Assembly: GCA_945946655.1 (NCBI GenBank)
Contig: CAMEWM010000002.1
Span: forward strand, 48,927-112,926
Source: an uncultured Clostridium sp.
GTDB lineage: Bacteria; Bacillota; Clostridia; TANB77; CAG-508
DNA: 64,000 nt
Reading direction: 5' to 3'
Part shown: piece by piece, positions 50,790-59,291 of the stretch
How the letters are laid out: the number at the start of each line of letters is the position of its first letter
Numbering within the stretch: position 1 is the first letter of the stretch
Program-made: the position numbers and the translations under genes
Notes under the pieces: model-generated
What the model was told of the DNA's origin: nothing
Database searches by the model: none
What the model saw: the letters and a program-made list of their open reading frames with translations, nothing else

Positions 50790-50981
50790 TTACTTTTTCC
50801 TTTTCATTATTTTTCTACACAATTTATTAAATTTTATGCCACTATAGTATTCCATTGATTTACTACTTAATAATCTCTCTTGTACTGCATAATTATTCCA
50901 TTGTTCTCCTGATGGTACATTTTTTATTACCTTTATGTACAGTTGCAATGCCTTTATACTTTTTTCATATTCCTCATCCAT
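50790..50981 (-). CDS. Small hypothetical protein (63 aa) co-transcribed with the XRE regulator
   Basis: Starts 4 nt after the XRE stop; terminator AAAAAGTAAGTGA..TCACTTACTTTTT at 50767-50798. Confidence 0.65.
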   Translation of the reverse strand: MDEEYEKSIKALQLYIKVIKNVPSGEQWNNYAVQERLLSSKSMEYYSGIKFNKLCRKIMKRKK

Positions 50982-50985
50982 TTAA

Positions 50986-51186
50986 TCACCATCTAACCTT
51001 GTATAGTTCTGTAATATCTACATTAAGAGCTTTAGCTATTCTAACCATCACTAATAAGCTTGGACTTTTAAAATTTTTCTCTATATCGCTCAAATGCGCT
51101 GCAGAAACGCCACTCTTTCTAGATAAACCAGCTATAGTCATGCCTTTTTGTCGTCGAACATCTTTTACTAAAATTTCTATATGCAT
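50986..51186 (-). CDS. XRE/Cro-family helix-turn-helix regulator (66 aa)
   Basis: VRRQKGMTIAGLSRKSGVSAAHLSDIEKNFKSPSL..IAKALNV. Confidence 0.9.
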   Translation of the reverse strand: MHIEILVKDVRRQKGMTIAGLSRKSGVSAAHLSDIEKNFKSPSLLVMVRIAKALNVDITELYKVRW

Positions 51187-51240
51187 TCTATTTTCACCGA
51201 TTCTTTATTGATTATTTTTTGTATTAAAACATATATATCT

Positions 51241-51254
51241 TTCGCTATGGCGAA
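51241..51254. promoter_or_regulatory. Palindromic operator candidate upstream of the XRE gene
   Basis: TTCGC-TATG-GCGAA, the only GC-rich palindrome in an AT-rich region. Confidence 0.45.
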
Positions 51255-51505
51255 TATTATTACTTTTTTATTTAATTTTACCTTGGCGTTGATTTAACGT
51301 TTTAGAATCAGTGTCTATTCTTAATTCAATTATGTTTTGCTTAATTAATTTTACCATATTTATATAGTAATTAACTTTTTTTCGTGATTCAAATTATTCC
51401 ATTTTTTTACAAATTATTTATAATATTATTTTCTGTATTGAATGATCCTCCATTTTATGCTATTATATATGTATTTACATATAATTAATTAAAGAAGGTT
51501 TTATT

Positions 51506-52363
51506 ATGGACAGATATTCAGATATGAATAAAGCTAATATAGCTGGTATTTTAGGAAATGTTTTTTTACTTATTATAAAATTTATTGTAGGATTCCTTAG
51601 CAAGAGTCAAGCAATGATTGCAGATGCTGCAAATAGTGCAGGTGATATTTTTGCTTCATTAATGAGCAGTATTGGAAGTAAAATTGCCAATAATCCTGAA
51701 GATGAAACACATAATTTCGGTCATGGAAAAGCCGAATATATTTTTTCATTATTTATTGGTCTTTCAATGATAATTGTTGCTTTTAAATTGGTATATGACT
51801 CTGTTGTTTCTCTTCTTAATCCTTCAGAAGTTGCATATCCTTATTTGCTAATAATAGTTTGTATAATAACAATTGCAGTAAAAATCTCTTTGTTTATATA
51901 CACAAACTTTTTGTCAAAAAGAACTAACAGTATACTTATAAATTCATTAAAAAAGGATCACAGAAATGATTCACTGGTTACTTCTTGTACATTAATCTCT
52001 GTTATATTAAATATTTATGGTATCTATTGGTTCGATGGAGTTGTGGGTATAGGAATTTCTATACTTATTTGTATAAGTGGTATAAAAATTTTTATTGAAA
52101 GTTATAATGTATTAATGGACTCCTCTATAGATAATTCCACGAAACAGGAGATTCTTGAGATAATAAAAAAATATGACGATATAAAGAAAGTTGATCATTT
52201 TTCTTCAACTCCTGTTGGATATAAATATTTAATTTCCGTTTCTATATATATTGATGGAAATATGTCTACATACGATAGTCATGAAATAGCTGATAAGTTA
52301 GAAAAAGAACTAAATTCTTTAGAACCGGTTTATTTATCTATTATCCATGTAAATCCTATATAA
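51506..52363 (+). CDS. Cation diffusion facilitator (CDF) transporter
   Basis: SQAMIADAANSAGD, HNFGHGKAEY, DHRND, IIHVNP. Confidence 0.93.
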   Translation: MDRYSDMNKANIAGILGNVFLLIIKFIVGFLSKSQAMIADAANSAGDIFASLMSSIGSKIANNPEDETHNFGHGKAEYIFSLFIGLSMIIVAFKLVYDSVVSLLNPSEVAYPYLLIIVCIITIAVKISLFIYTNFLSKRTNSILINSLKKDHRNDSLVTSCTLISVILNIYGIYWFDGVVGIGISILICISGIKIFIESYNVLMDSSIDNSTKQEILEIIKKYDDIKKVDHFSSTPVGYKYLISVSIYIDGNMSTYDSHEIADKLEKELNSLEPVYLSIIHVNPI

Positions 52364-52468
52364 AAGATTAGAAAAGATGAAAAATTTAATTTTTTTCATC
52401 TTTTCTATTGACAATTATTTGTATTTTGTAGTACAATACATTTTGTTAGCCAGTAAAGTTACTAACAT

Positions 52469-52556
52469 GCAGATGTGGCGGAACTGGTAGACGCACAGGA
52501 CTTAAAATCCTGCGGTTGAATAAACCGTGCCGGTTCGATTCCGGCCATCTGCACCA
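52469..52556 (+). tRNA. tRNA-Leu (anticodon TAA)
   Basis: GCAGATG/CATCTGC acceptor stem plus ACCA, D-arm GGCGGAACTGGTAGACGC, anticodon arm CAGGA-CTTAAAA-TCCTG, long variable arm, GGTTCGATTCC. Confidence 0.97.
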
Positions 52557-52559
52557 AGC

Positions 52560-52590
52560 AAAACTCGAGATACATATAATCTCGAGTTTT
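52560..52590 (+). terminator. tRNA terminator
   Basis: AAAACTCGAGA-9 nt-TCTCGAGTTTT. Confidence 0.85.
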
Positions 52591-52754
52591 TATTTTATAT
52601 TTTTAATTATTATTTCATATATAATATTCTAAAATTTGTAAATTATTTAAGATTGTTGTATAATATAATTACTTTATCCTTTGTACCAGGAGTAATAAAC
52701 GGTACACGCTACATAATACAACTTCGTATTAGTAATTACTATGGAGGTAAAACG

Positions 52755-53723
52755 ATGAACTTAAGAAATCTTTTTTCTCGGAACGTCACTAGCGATTTAG
52801 CATCCACAGACAAATCAAAACACCAAGTCACTTGCGATACCTCAACAATCAGAGACCTGATAACGGAGTGGCTCAATAATGAAGGATGGCGCTTCGAAAA
52901 CTTCGCTGATTTTGTTAACCTCATTGGATTACAGACCCCAGTCAAACTGAGCAATTTGGACCAAGAGAACCACTCTTTTCAGTGCTGCGACGCACTCAAT
53001 AAAGAAGTTTTGCTTTCTCTTAAATTTGGGGATTTTCTCGATTACAGTCCAGAGATCCGCATAACTTCTGGAGAAGAAACAAAAATCTATGTTCCTAATA
53101 CTCACTTTTCGGGTGAAGAAACCATTCCTGCAGTCACTTTGGAGGGCAGAATTATTACTCGAGATGGCAAGAAGTTAATCAGCTATTACAGTCAATACTT
53201 CTGTCAGAGAACATTATATCTTGATGCCACGCACATTCTGACGGTTGAAATCGATGAGCCGGATAAGTGCAATGAAAAATCTGAAATTTTGGTATTACGT
53301 AATTGTGCAGATGTTGAGAATTATTTATTAGGGCTGAATGGTCCCATCGTTTCGTCTCAGGTGTATGATACTGTAATGCAATTGTTAGGTTTCTCTGAAG
53401 ATGATATTACCAAGAGTAGAAAAATTCTCATTTCATACGTTAAAAAAGTTGGCTACAAAGAGATTGTCTTGAGCAAAATTTTCATCACTGATGGAAAAAT
53501 GCAAGAATACGCTGTTCTAGACGACGGAGAAGTTTTCCATCTCTTTAGTGACGGCTGTTGGGATTTTCATTCCGAATGTATTAGCATCCACTATTCCCAG
53601 AAAAACAAACAGTATATTTTCTCTATAACCGGGTTGGAAGAGAATATTGCAAATACAAAAATTAATGAGGTGATACTTCGAGTAAATAAAAAGATTTCTG
53701 AACTGTGGAAATTCATGAGATAA
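52755..53723 (+). CDS. Orphan hypothetical protein (322 aa) with elevated GC, downstream of the tRNA
   Basis: GGAGG RBS before ATG 52755 (track start 52527 lies in the tRNA); promoter TTGTAA-17-TATAAT at 52636-52664; sampled GC about 37-43%. Confidence 0.75.
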   Translation: MNLRNLFSRNVTSDLASTDKSKHQVTCDTSTIRDLITEWLNNEGWRFENFADFVNLIGLQTPVKLSNLDQENHSFQCCDALNKEVLLSLKFGDFLDYSPEIRITSGEETKIYVPNTHFSGEETIPAVTLEGRIITRDGKKLISYYSQYFCQRTLYLDATHILTVEIDEPDKCNEKSEILVLRNCADVENYLLGLNGPIVSSQVYDTVMQLLGFSEDDITKSRKILISYVKKVGYKEIVLSKIFITDGKMQEYAVLDDGEVFHLFSDGCWDFHSECISIHYSQKNKQYIFSITGLEENIANTKINEVILRVNKKISELWKFMR

Positions 53724-53739
53724 CACTTTTTTCACAGAA

Positions 53740-53776
53740 AGCAAGTGTGAGGAGTTTTAAGCTCCTCACGCTTGCT
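53740..53776 (+). terminator. Long GC-rich hairpin terminator
   Basis: AGCAAGTGTGAGGAG-TTTTAAG-CTCCTCACGCTTGCT, followed by a T-rich run. Confidence 0.75.
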
Positions 53777-53901
53777 CATTTATTTTTTATATTCATCTTA
53801 ATTTTATAATTAAACACCTACTTTCTCTATTGCTTCTATAATTTAAAATCAGATTCTTAATTTGAATAAGCATCTATTCTACACCTTTATAAAGATACAT
53901 T

Positions 53902-54002
53902 TTTCACATTAACTTTCACAAAACTTTCACATTTATTTTATTGACTATACATGTTTTTCCAATTATAATAGTTTATGCAAAAACAGTTTATTTGTAAACT
54001 AT
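53902..54002 (+). promoter_or_regulatory. Promoter of the MarR operon with upstream triple repeat and downstream operator-like boxes
   Basis: TTTCACA at 53902, 53914 and 53925; TTGACT-17-TATAAT at 53941-53969; GTTTA-N4-AAAAC and GTTTA-N4-TAAAC boxes after the -10. Confidence 0.65.
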
Positions 54003-54030
54003 TTATACTTTAAGAAATGGATGTGAATTC

Positions 54031-54474
54031 ATGAATAATCAGATATTTAGAAAATTGCTTTATCTATCTAGTAAATTTCATAACTTATATTCAGATGTAA
54101 TCGGCTCATGTGCCAATTCTTGCGGAATTAGTAGAGCTGAAGCTGATGTGTTACTATTTTTTGGAAATAATCCGCAATTTACAAATGCTTGTGACGCTGT
54201 AAATTATAGAAGATTTTCAAAAGCATATGTATCGAAAGCTTTATCTTCCCTATCTAAGCGTGACTTTATTACAATTACAGCCAATTCTAATGATAGAAGA
54301 TATCAGCAAATATCAATAAATGATTGTGCTAAGCAAACTTTAGAGAAATTGCAAGATTGTCAAATGGATTATATAAATTCACTTAAGACTGGCATATCTG
54401 ATGAAGATTTTAAAACTTTCATTAAAGTTATAGATAAAATTGCAGATAATTATTTAAATCAAAAAAAAATTTAA
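54031..54474 (+). CDS. MarR-family transcriptional regulator
   Basis: GISRAEADVLLF, SKAYVSKALSSL, NDRRYQQISI winged helix. Confidence 0.88.
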   Translation: MNNQIFRKLLYLSSKFHNLYSDVIGSCANSCGISRAEADVLLFFGNNPQFTNACDAVNYRRFSKAYVSKALSSLSKRDFITITANSNDRRYQQISINDCAKQTLEKLQDCQMDYINSLKTGISDEDFKTFIKVIDKIADNYLNQKKI

Positions 54475-54486
54475 GGAGGAAAATTT

Positions 54487-55191
54487 ATGGATTATTGGCT
54501 TATTAGATATGACACTCCAATTACAGTATTATTAGTACTAATTGGTTTTATCTTAGTAATCTTTGCTCAACTAAAAATAAATACAGCATATTCTAAATAT
54601 AGAAAGGTAAAAAACTCTACTGGATATACAGGTAAGGATATTGCTCGCAAAATATTGGATGCCAATGGCTTATCTCAAATACAAATATATGAAACTTCAG
54701 GCAATCTAACAGATCATTACGACCCATCAAAAAAGCTTATAAATTTATCTACAGATATTTATAATGGTAATTCTATTGCATCAGCAGCAGTTGCAGCACA
54801 TGAATGTGGTCATGCTATTCAAGATAAAGATGGTTATTTATTCTTTAAAATAAGGTCAGCATTAGTTCCTGTTGTTAACTTCATATCTTATTTAGGATAC
54901 TTTGGCTTAATAGTATCTTTAATAGGTGGATTAACTGGTTACTTGAAGTTATCTATTTTAATTTTATTGGCTACAGTGCTATTCCAACTAGTAACTCTTC
55001 CTGTTGAACTAAATGCATCTAAACGAGCACATAAACAATTAGAAGAATTGAATCTTGTATATGAAGATGAAGAAAAAGGCATCACTAAAGTTCTTGGTGC
55101 AGCAGCAATGACATACGTAGCAAGCTTACTATCTTCTATATTAAACTTACTTAGATTAATATTAATGCTAAATAGAAGAAATGATGATTAG
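54487..55191 (+). CDS. Membrane zinc metallopeptidase (YugP-like)
   Basis: LTDHYDP, AVAAHECGHAIQ, TLPVELNASKRA, AAAMTYVA. Confidence 0.92.
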   Translation: MDYWLIRYDTPITVLLVLIGFILVIFAQLKINTAYSKYRKVKNSTGYTGKDIARKILDANGLSQIQIYETSGNLTDHYDPSKKLINLSTDIYNGNSIASAAVAAHECGHAIQDKDGYLFFKIRSALVPVVNFISYLGYFGLIVSLIGGLTGYLKLSILILLATVLFQLVTLPVELNASKRAHKQLEELNLVYEDEEKGITKVLGAAAMTYVASLLSSILNLLRLILMLNRRNDD

Positions 55192-55254
55192 GTTTATAGA
55201 TACTCCCTAATAATTTATTTATAAAAATCTAAATACATAAAGAAGGAAAGTACA

Positions 55255-57018
55255 ATGTTTAAAATATTAAAAAATCTTACAAAAAAAGACTGGTTATTAA
55301 TATTAGTTTCTATAATACTAATATGCTTTCAAGTTTGGCTTGATTTAAAAATTCCAGATTATATGTCTGAAATAACAAAACTTGTTCAAACTGAAGGAAG
55401 TACGATGTCTGATGTTCTAAAGCAAGGTGGTTATATGTTAGCTTGTGCTGGAGCAAGTTTAGCTTCTGCTGTTTTGGTTGGCTATTTATCATCCTTAGTT
55501 TCAGCTTCAATTTCTTTGCATTTAAGAAAAAAAATATTTGAGAAAGTTGAAAATTTCGGCATGGAGGAAATAAAGAAATTTTCTACAAGTAGTTTGATAA
55601 CTAGAACCACAAATGATATAACAAATATTCAAATGGTTATTGCCATGGGAATGCAAATGATGATAAAAGCTCCTATTACTGCAGTGTGGGCTGTGCTAAA
55701 AATACTAAATAAGAGCTGGCAATGGAGTGCTCTTACAGGTGTTGCTGTACTTATTTTGCTTAGCTGCGTAATTACTTTAATGATTGTCGTAATGCCTAGA
55801 TTTAAACGAGTTCAAAAGCTAATTGATAATATTAACGATTTAACACGTGAAAATTTAACTGGAATTAGAGTTGTGAGAGCTTTTAATGCAGAAAATTATC
55901 AAGAAAATAAATTTGAAGGTGGCAATGAAGAATTAACAAACACTCAAATGTTTAATCAAAGAGCTATGTCTGCAATGTCTCCTGTTATGTATCTTGTAAT
56001 GAATACATTAACACTTGCTATTTACTTTGTTGGTAGTCACTTAATAGAGTCTGCTAGTATGATGGATAAACTTCCTTTATTCTCAGATATGGTTGTTTTC
56101 TCAAGCTATGCAATGCAAGTTATAATGTCATTCTTAATGCTTGCTATGATATTTATAATGTTACCTAGAGCACAAGTGTCTGCAGGAAGAATTAACGAAG
56201 TTTTAGATACAGATTTTTCAATTAAAGACGGAGATTTAATTCAAGCTCCATCAAACGTAAAAGGTGAAGTAGAATTCAAAAATGTTTCATTTAAATATCC
56301 TGATGGTGATGAATATATTTTAAAAAATATATCATTCACAGCTAAAAAAGGTGAAACTGTTGCCATTATAGGTTCTACTGGTTCTGGTAAAACAACTTTA
56401 GTTAATTTAATTCCAAGATTTTATGATGCAACTGAAGGCGAAGTTTTGGTTGACGGAGTTAATGTAAAAGACTATAAGCAAGAAATTTTAAACAACAAAT
56501 TAGGCTATGTCCCACAAAAAGCTGTAATGTTTAGTGGTTCTGTAAATTACAATGTTGCATATGGTGAAAACGGAAAAGGTAAAATATCTGATGATAAAAT
56601 AGAAAAAGCTGTTGAAATTTCTCAATCAAAAGAATTCGTTGAAAAAATGCCTGAAACTTATGATTCTTATATTTCTAGAGGTGGAACTAATATTTCAGGT
56701 GGTCAGAAGCAAAGATTAGCCATTGCTAGAGCTATTGCTAGAGATCCAGAAATATACATATTTGATGATTCATTCAGTGCTTTAGATTATAAAACTGATT
56801 TTACCTTAAGAGAGCAATTAAAACAATATACTAAAGATTCAACAAATATAATTGTTGCTCAGAGAATTGGTACTATTTTAAATGCTGATAAAATAATTGT
56901 ATTAGAAAATGGAGAGTGTGTTGGTATGGGAACTCATAAAGAGTTATTACAAAATTGCAAAGTATATCAAGAAATAGCATACTCACAATTGTCAAAGGAG
57001 GAATTGGAAAATGGGTAA
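55255..57018 (+). CDS. ABC exporter ATP-binding/permease subunit 1 (degenerate site)
   Basis: TMD plus GSTGSGKTT, SGGQKQRLAIARA, non-consensus Walker B FDDSFSALD. Confidence 0.95.
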   Translation: MFKILKNLTKKDWLLILVSIILICFQVWLDLKIPDYMSEITKLVQTEGSTMSDVLKQGGYMLACAGASLASAVLVGYLSSLVSASISLHLRKKIFEKVENFGMEEIKKFSTSSLITRTTNDITNIQMVIAMGMQMMIKAPITAVWAVLKILNKSWQWSALTGVAVLILLSCVITLMIVVMPRFKRVQKLIDNINDLTRENLTGIRVVRAFNAENYQENKFEGGNEELTNTQMFNQRAMSAMSPVMYLVMNTLTLAIYFVGSHLIESASMMDKLPLFSDMVVFSSYAMQVIMSFLMLAMIFIMLPRAQVSAGRINEVLDTDFSIKDGDLIQAPSNVKGEVEFKNVSFKYPDGDEYILKNISFTAKKGETVAIIGSTGSGKTTLVNLIPRFYDATEGEVLVDGVNVKDYKQEILNNKLGYVPQKAVMFSGSVNYNVAYGENGKGKISDDKIEKAVEISQSKEFVEKMPETYDSYISRGGTNISGGQKQRLAIARAIARDPEIYIFDDSFSALDYKTDFTLREQLKQYTKDSTNIIVAQRIGTILNADKIIVLENGECVGMGTHKELLQNCKVYQEIAYSQLSKEELENG

Positions 57019-58825
57019 TGATGAAAATTACAAGAGAAAGCCACGTAATATGGGTCCTAATAAAATAGCTGAAAAGCCCAAGGATTTTAAAACAGCTATA
57101 CGTAATTTAGTTCATTATTTGAATAAATTGTTTCCTCTAATTGTAGTTGCTTTAATATTATCAAGTTTTAGCTCGGTTCTAACAATAATTGGTCCTAATA
57201 AGCTAAGCGATTTAACAGATGAGATTACAAAAGGTTTAATTAATGGTATGAATTTTGATGCTATTACATCTATAACAATTTTCTTAGTTGTTATATACCT
57301 TGTAAGCACTTTATTGGACTTTTTCCAAGGATTTATTATGGCAACCGCTGCAAATAAATTTGCAAAAAGCTTGCGTACACAAATATCAGAAAAGATAAAC
57401 AAACTACCTCTTAAATATTTTGACACACACAGTTATGGTGATATTTTGTCCAGAGTAACTAACGATGTTGATACAATAGCAATGTCTTTAAGCCAAAGTT
57501 TAGGATCATTAGTTGGAGCAGTCACTTTATTTATAGGCTCTGTTGTAATGATGTTCTATACAAACTGGATTTTAGCAATAACAGGTATCCTTTCTTCCCT
57601 TGCTGGATTTGTTGCAATGTTTATAATTATGCATAAATCGCAAAAATACTTCACTGCAAGACAAGTTGAATTAGGTAAATTAAATGGACATATTGAAGAA
57701 ATTTATTCTAATCATAATGTAGTTAAGGCTTATAACGGCTTTAAAGAAGCCTCTGATACATTTGACAAATTAAATCAAAGTGTATATGAATGTAATAAAA
57801 AAAGTAGATTCTTATCTGGCTTAAATCAGCCTATAATGAGCTTTATTGGTAACTTTAGTTATGTAGCAGTATGCGTTGTTGGTGCTCTTTTAACTATGAA
57901 TGGACAAATCTCATTTGGAGTTATAGTTGCATTTATGATTTATGTAAGATTATTTACTGGACCTTTATCACAAATAGCTCAAGGAATGACGAACTTACAA
58001 TCAACAGCAGCCGCTTCAGAGAGAGTAGTTGAATTTTTAGAAGAACCAGAAATGGATGACCAAAAAGAAATAACAAAATATCTTGATACATCTAAAGTAG
58101 AAGGTAATATAATATTCGATCATATAAAGTTTTCTTATGATGGTGAAAAAAATGTCATAAAGGACTTTAGCTGTGATGTAAAGAAAGGTGAAAAGGTTGC
58201 TATTGTTGGACCAACAGGTGCAGGAAAAACTACAATGGTAAATTTACTTATGAAATTCTATAACATAAAAGACGGAGACATAAGAATCGATGGCATATCT
58301 ACAAAAGAATTATCCAGAAAGAATATACATGATTTATTTATAATGGTATTACAAGATACTTGGTTATTTAATGGTACTATTAGAGATAATATAAAATATA
58401 ATAAAGATGATGTTACAGATGAACAAATTATGGAAGCATGTAAAACAGTTGGAATTGAAAAATTTATAAAATCACTTCCAGGTGGTCTTAATTATAAGTT
58501 AACAGATACAGATAGCATCTCAGCAGGTCAAAAACAATTATTGACAATTGCTCGTGGTATGATAAAAAATGCACCATTTTTAATCTTAGATGAAGCAACA
58601 AGCAGTGTTGATACTCGTACCGAAGAATTAGTACAAAAAGCTATGGATAAACTTACTGAAGGTAGAACTTCATTTATCATAGCTCACAGATTATCAACCA
58701 TAAAAAATGCAGACATGATATTAGTTATGAATGAAGGAAATATTATAGAACAAGGAAATCATGAGGAACTAATGGCAAAAAACGGATTTTATGCAGATTT
58801 ATATAATTCACAATTCAAAAAATAG
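57011..58825 (+). CDS. ABC exporter ATP-binding/permease subunit 2 (consensus site)
   Basis: TMD plus GPTGAGKTT, SAGQKQLL, LDEATSSVD; 8-nt overlap with subunit 1. Confidence 0.95.
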   Translation: MGNDENYKRKPRNMGPNKIAEKPKDFKTAIRNLVHYLNKLFPLIVVALILSSFSSVLTIIGPNKLSDLTDEITKGLINGMNFDAITSITIFLVVIYLVSTLLDFFQGFIMATAANKFAKSLRTQISEKINKLPLKYFDTHSYGDILSRVTNDVDTIAMSLSQSLGSLVGAVTLFIGSVVMMFYTNWILAITGILSSLAGFVAMFIIMHKSQKYFTARQVELGKLNGHIEEIYSNHNVVKAYNGFKEASDTFDKLNQSVYECNKKSRFLSGLNQPIMSFIGNFSYVAVCVVGALLTMNGQISFGVIVAFMIYVRLFTGPLSQIAQGMTNLQSTAAASERVVEFLEEPEMDDQKEITKYLDTSKVEGNIIFDHIKFSYDGEKNVIKDFSCDVKKGEKVAIVGPTGAGKTTMVNLLMKFYNIKDGDIRIDGISTKELSRKNIHDLFIMVLQDTWLFNGTIRDNIKYNKDDVTDEQIMEACKTVGIEKFIKSLPGGLNYKLTDTDSISAGQKQLLTIARGMIKNAPFLILDEATSSVDTRTEELVQKAMDKLTEGRTSFIIAHRLSTIKNADMILVMNEGNIIEQGNHEELMAKNGFYADLYNSQFKK

Positions 58826-58860
58826 AGCATTGGGCTACTGCCCTTTGCTCTTGATTTTTT

Positions 58861-58904
58861 AAAAAAGAAAACCGCATCCAGTGCGTAGTACACACAGGAT
58901 GCGG
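58861..58904 (-). terminator. Long GC-rich terminator of the small orphan gene
   Basis: Minus strand CCGCATCCTGTGTGTA-C-TACGCACTGGATGCGG followed by TTTTCTTTTTT. Confidence 0.75.
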
Positions 58905-58934
58905 AAAAAGACATTACTCTTTTTTATTTAAGGT

Positions 58935-59141
58935 TTACCTCTCAGACACTACGGTCTGCCCACTTGTTTTAACCATCGTTCTCAGAATGTCTTCGGCATC
59001 GCGCATATAGATTTTGATGTCCATAAGCGCCTTTCTCTCCTCATTTGACATTTCTTTTACGTCGATTGCGAGTAAATCCCGCAATGCAGCACTGAGATTA
59101 TGTAAGGAATCTTCCATACATACCATGTTTCTGCCTGTCAT
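58935..59141 (-). CDS. Small orphan hypothetical protein (68 aa) with elevated GC
   Basis: GAAAGGA RBS; own promoter TTTACA-17-TATAAT at 59219-59247; a sampled 60-mer is about 47% GC. Confidence 0.65.
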   Translation of the reverse strand: MTGRNMVCMEDSLHNLSAALRDLLAIDVKEMSNEERKALMDIKIYMRDAEDILRTMVKTSGQTVVSER

Positions 59142-59291
59142 TTTGGTAATCCTTTCCGGGCTTACAAGCCCTATTCACAAAAAAATATTTGCAGTAGCTC
59201 ATCACTACCGTATTGTTTATTATAACATATATTGTATAAAATGTAAATCTTTAAAAGTATAACACCTAGTTTTTTTCTAGGTGTTATCATA

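Noticed and set aside
51270-51370. 29-codon minus-strand ORF (MVKLIKQ...) upstream of the XRE gene, and a 26-codon ORF near 53800-53870
   Set aside because: Both are too short; the first has no convincing RBS and neither has other support; such ORFs are expected by chance in AT-rich DNA
52527-52754. N-terminal extension of the 398-aa track ORF
   Set aside because: It overlaps the tRNA and its terminator; the RBS supports ATG 52755
52540-53800. attL/attR duplication of the tRNA-Leu 3' end
   Set aside because: No second copy of the tRNA 3' sequence was found downstream
55255-58825. Degenerate Walker B in the first ABC subunit as a pseudogene sign
   Set aside because: One degenerate site is normal for heterodimeric ABC exporters
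23429-58904. Terminator hairpins of the three orphan genes as attC sites
   Set aside because: They are too short, lack the R''/R' core motifs and share no primary sequence
59185-59210. Hammerhead ribozyme suggested by GTGATGAG in the small-gene leader
   Set aside because: The core CUGAUGA and a properly placed GAAA with three stems are not present
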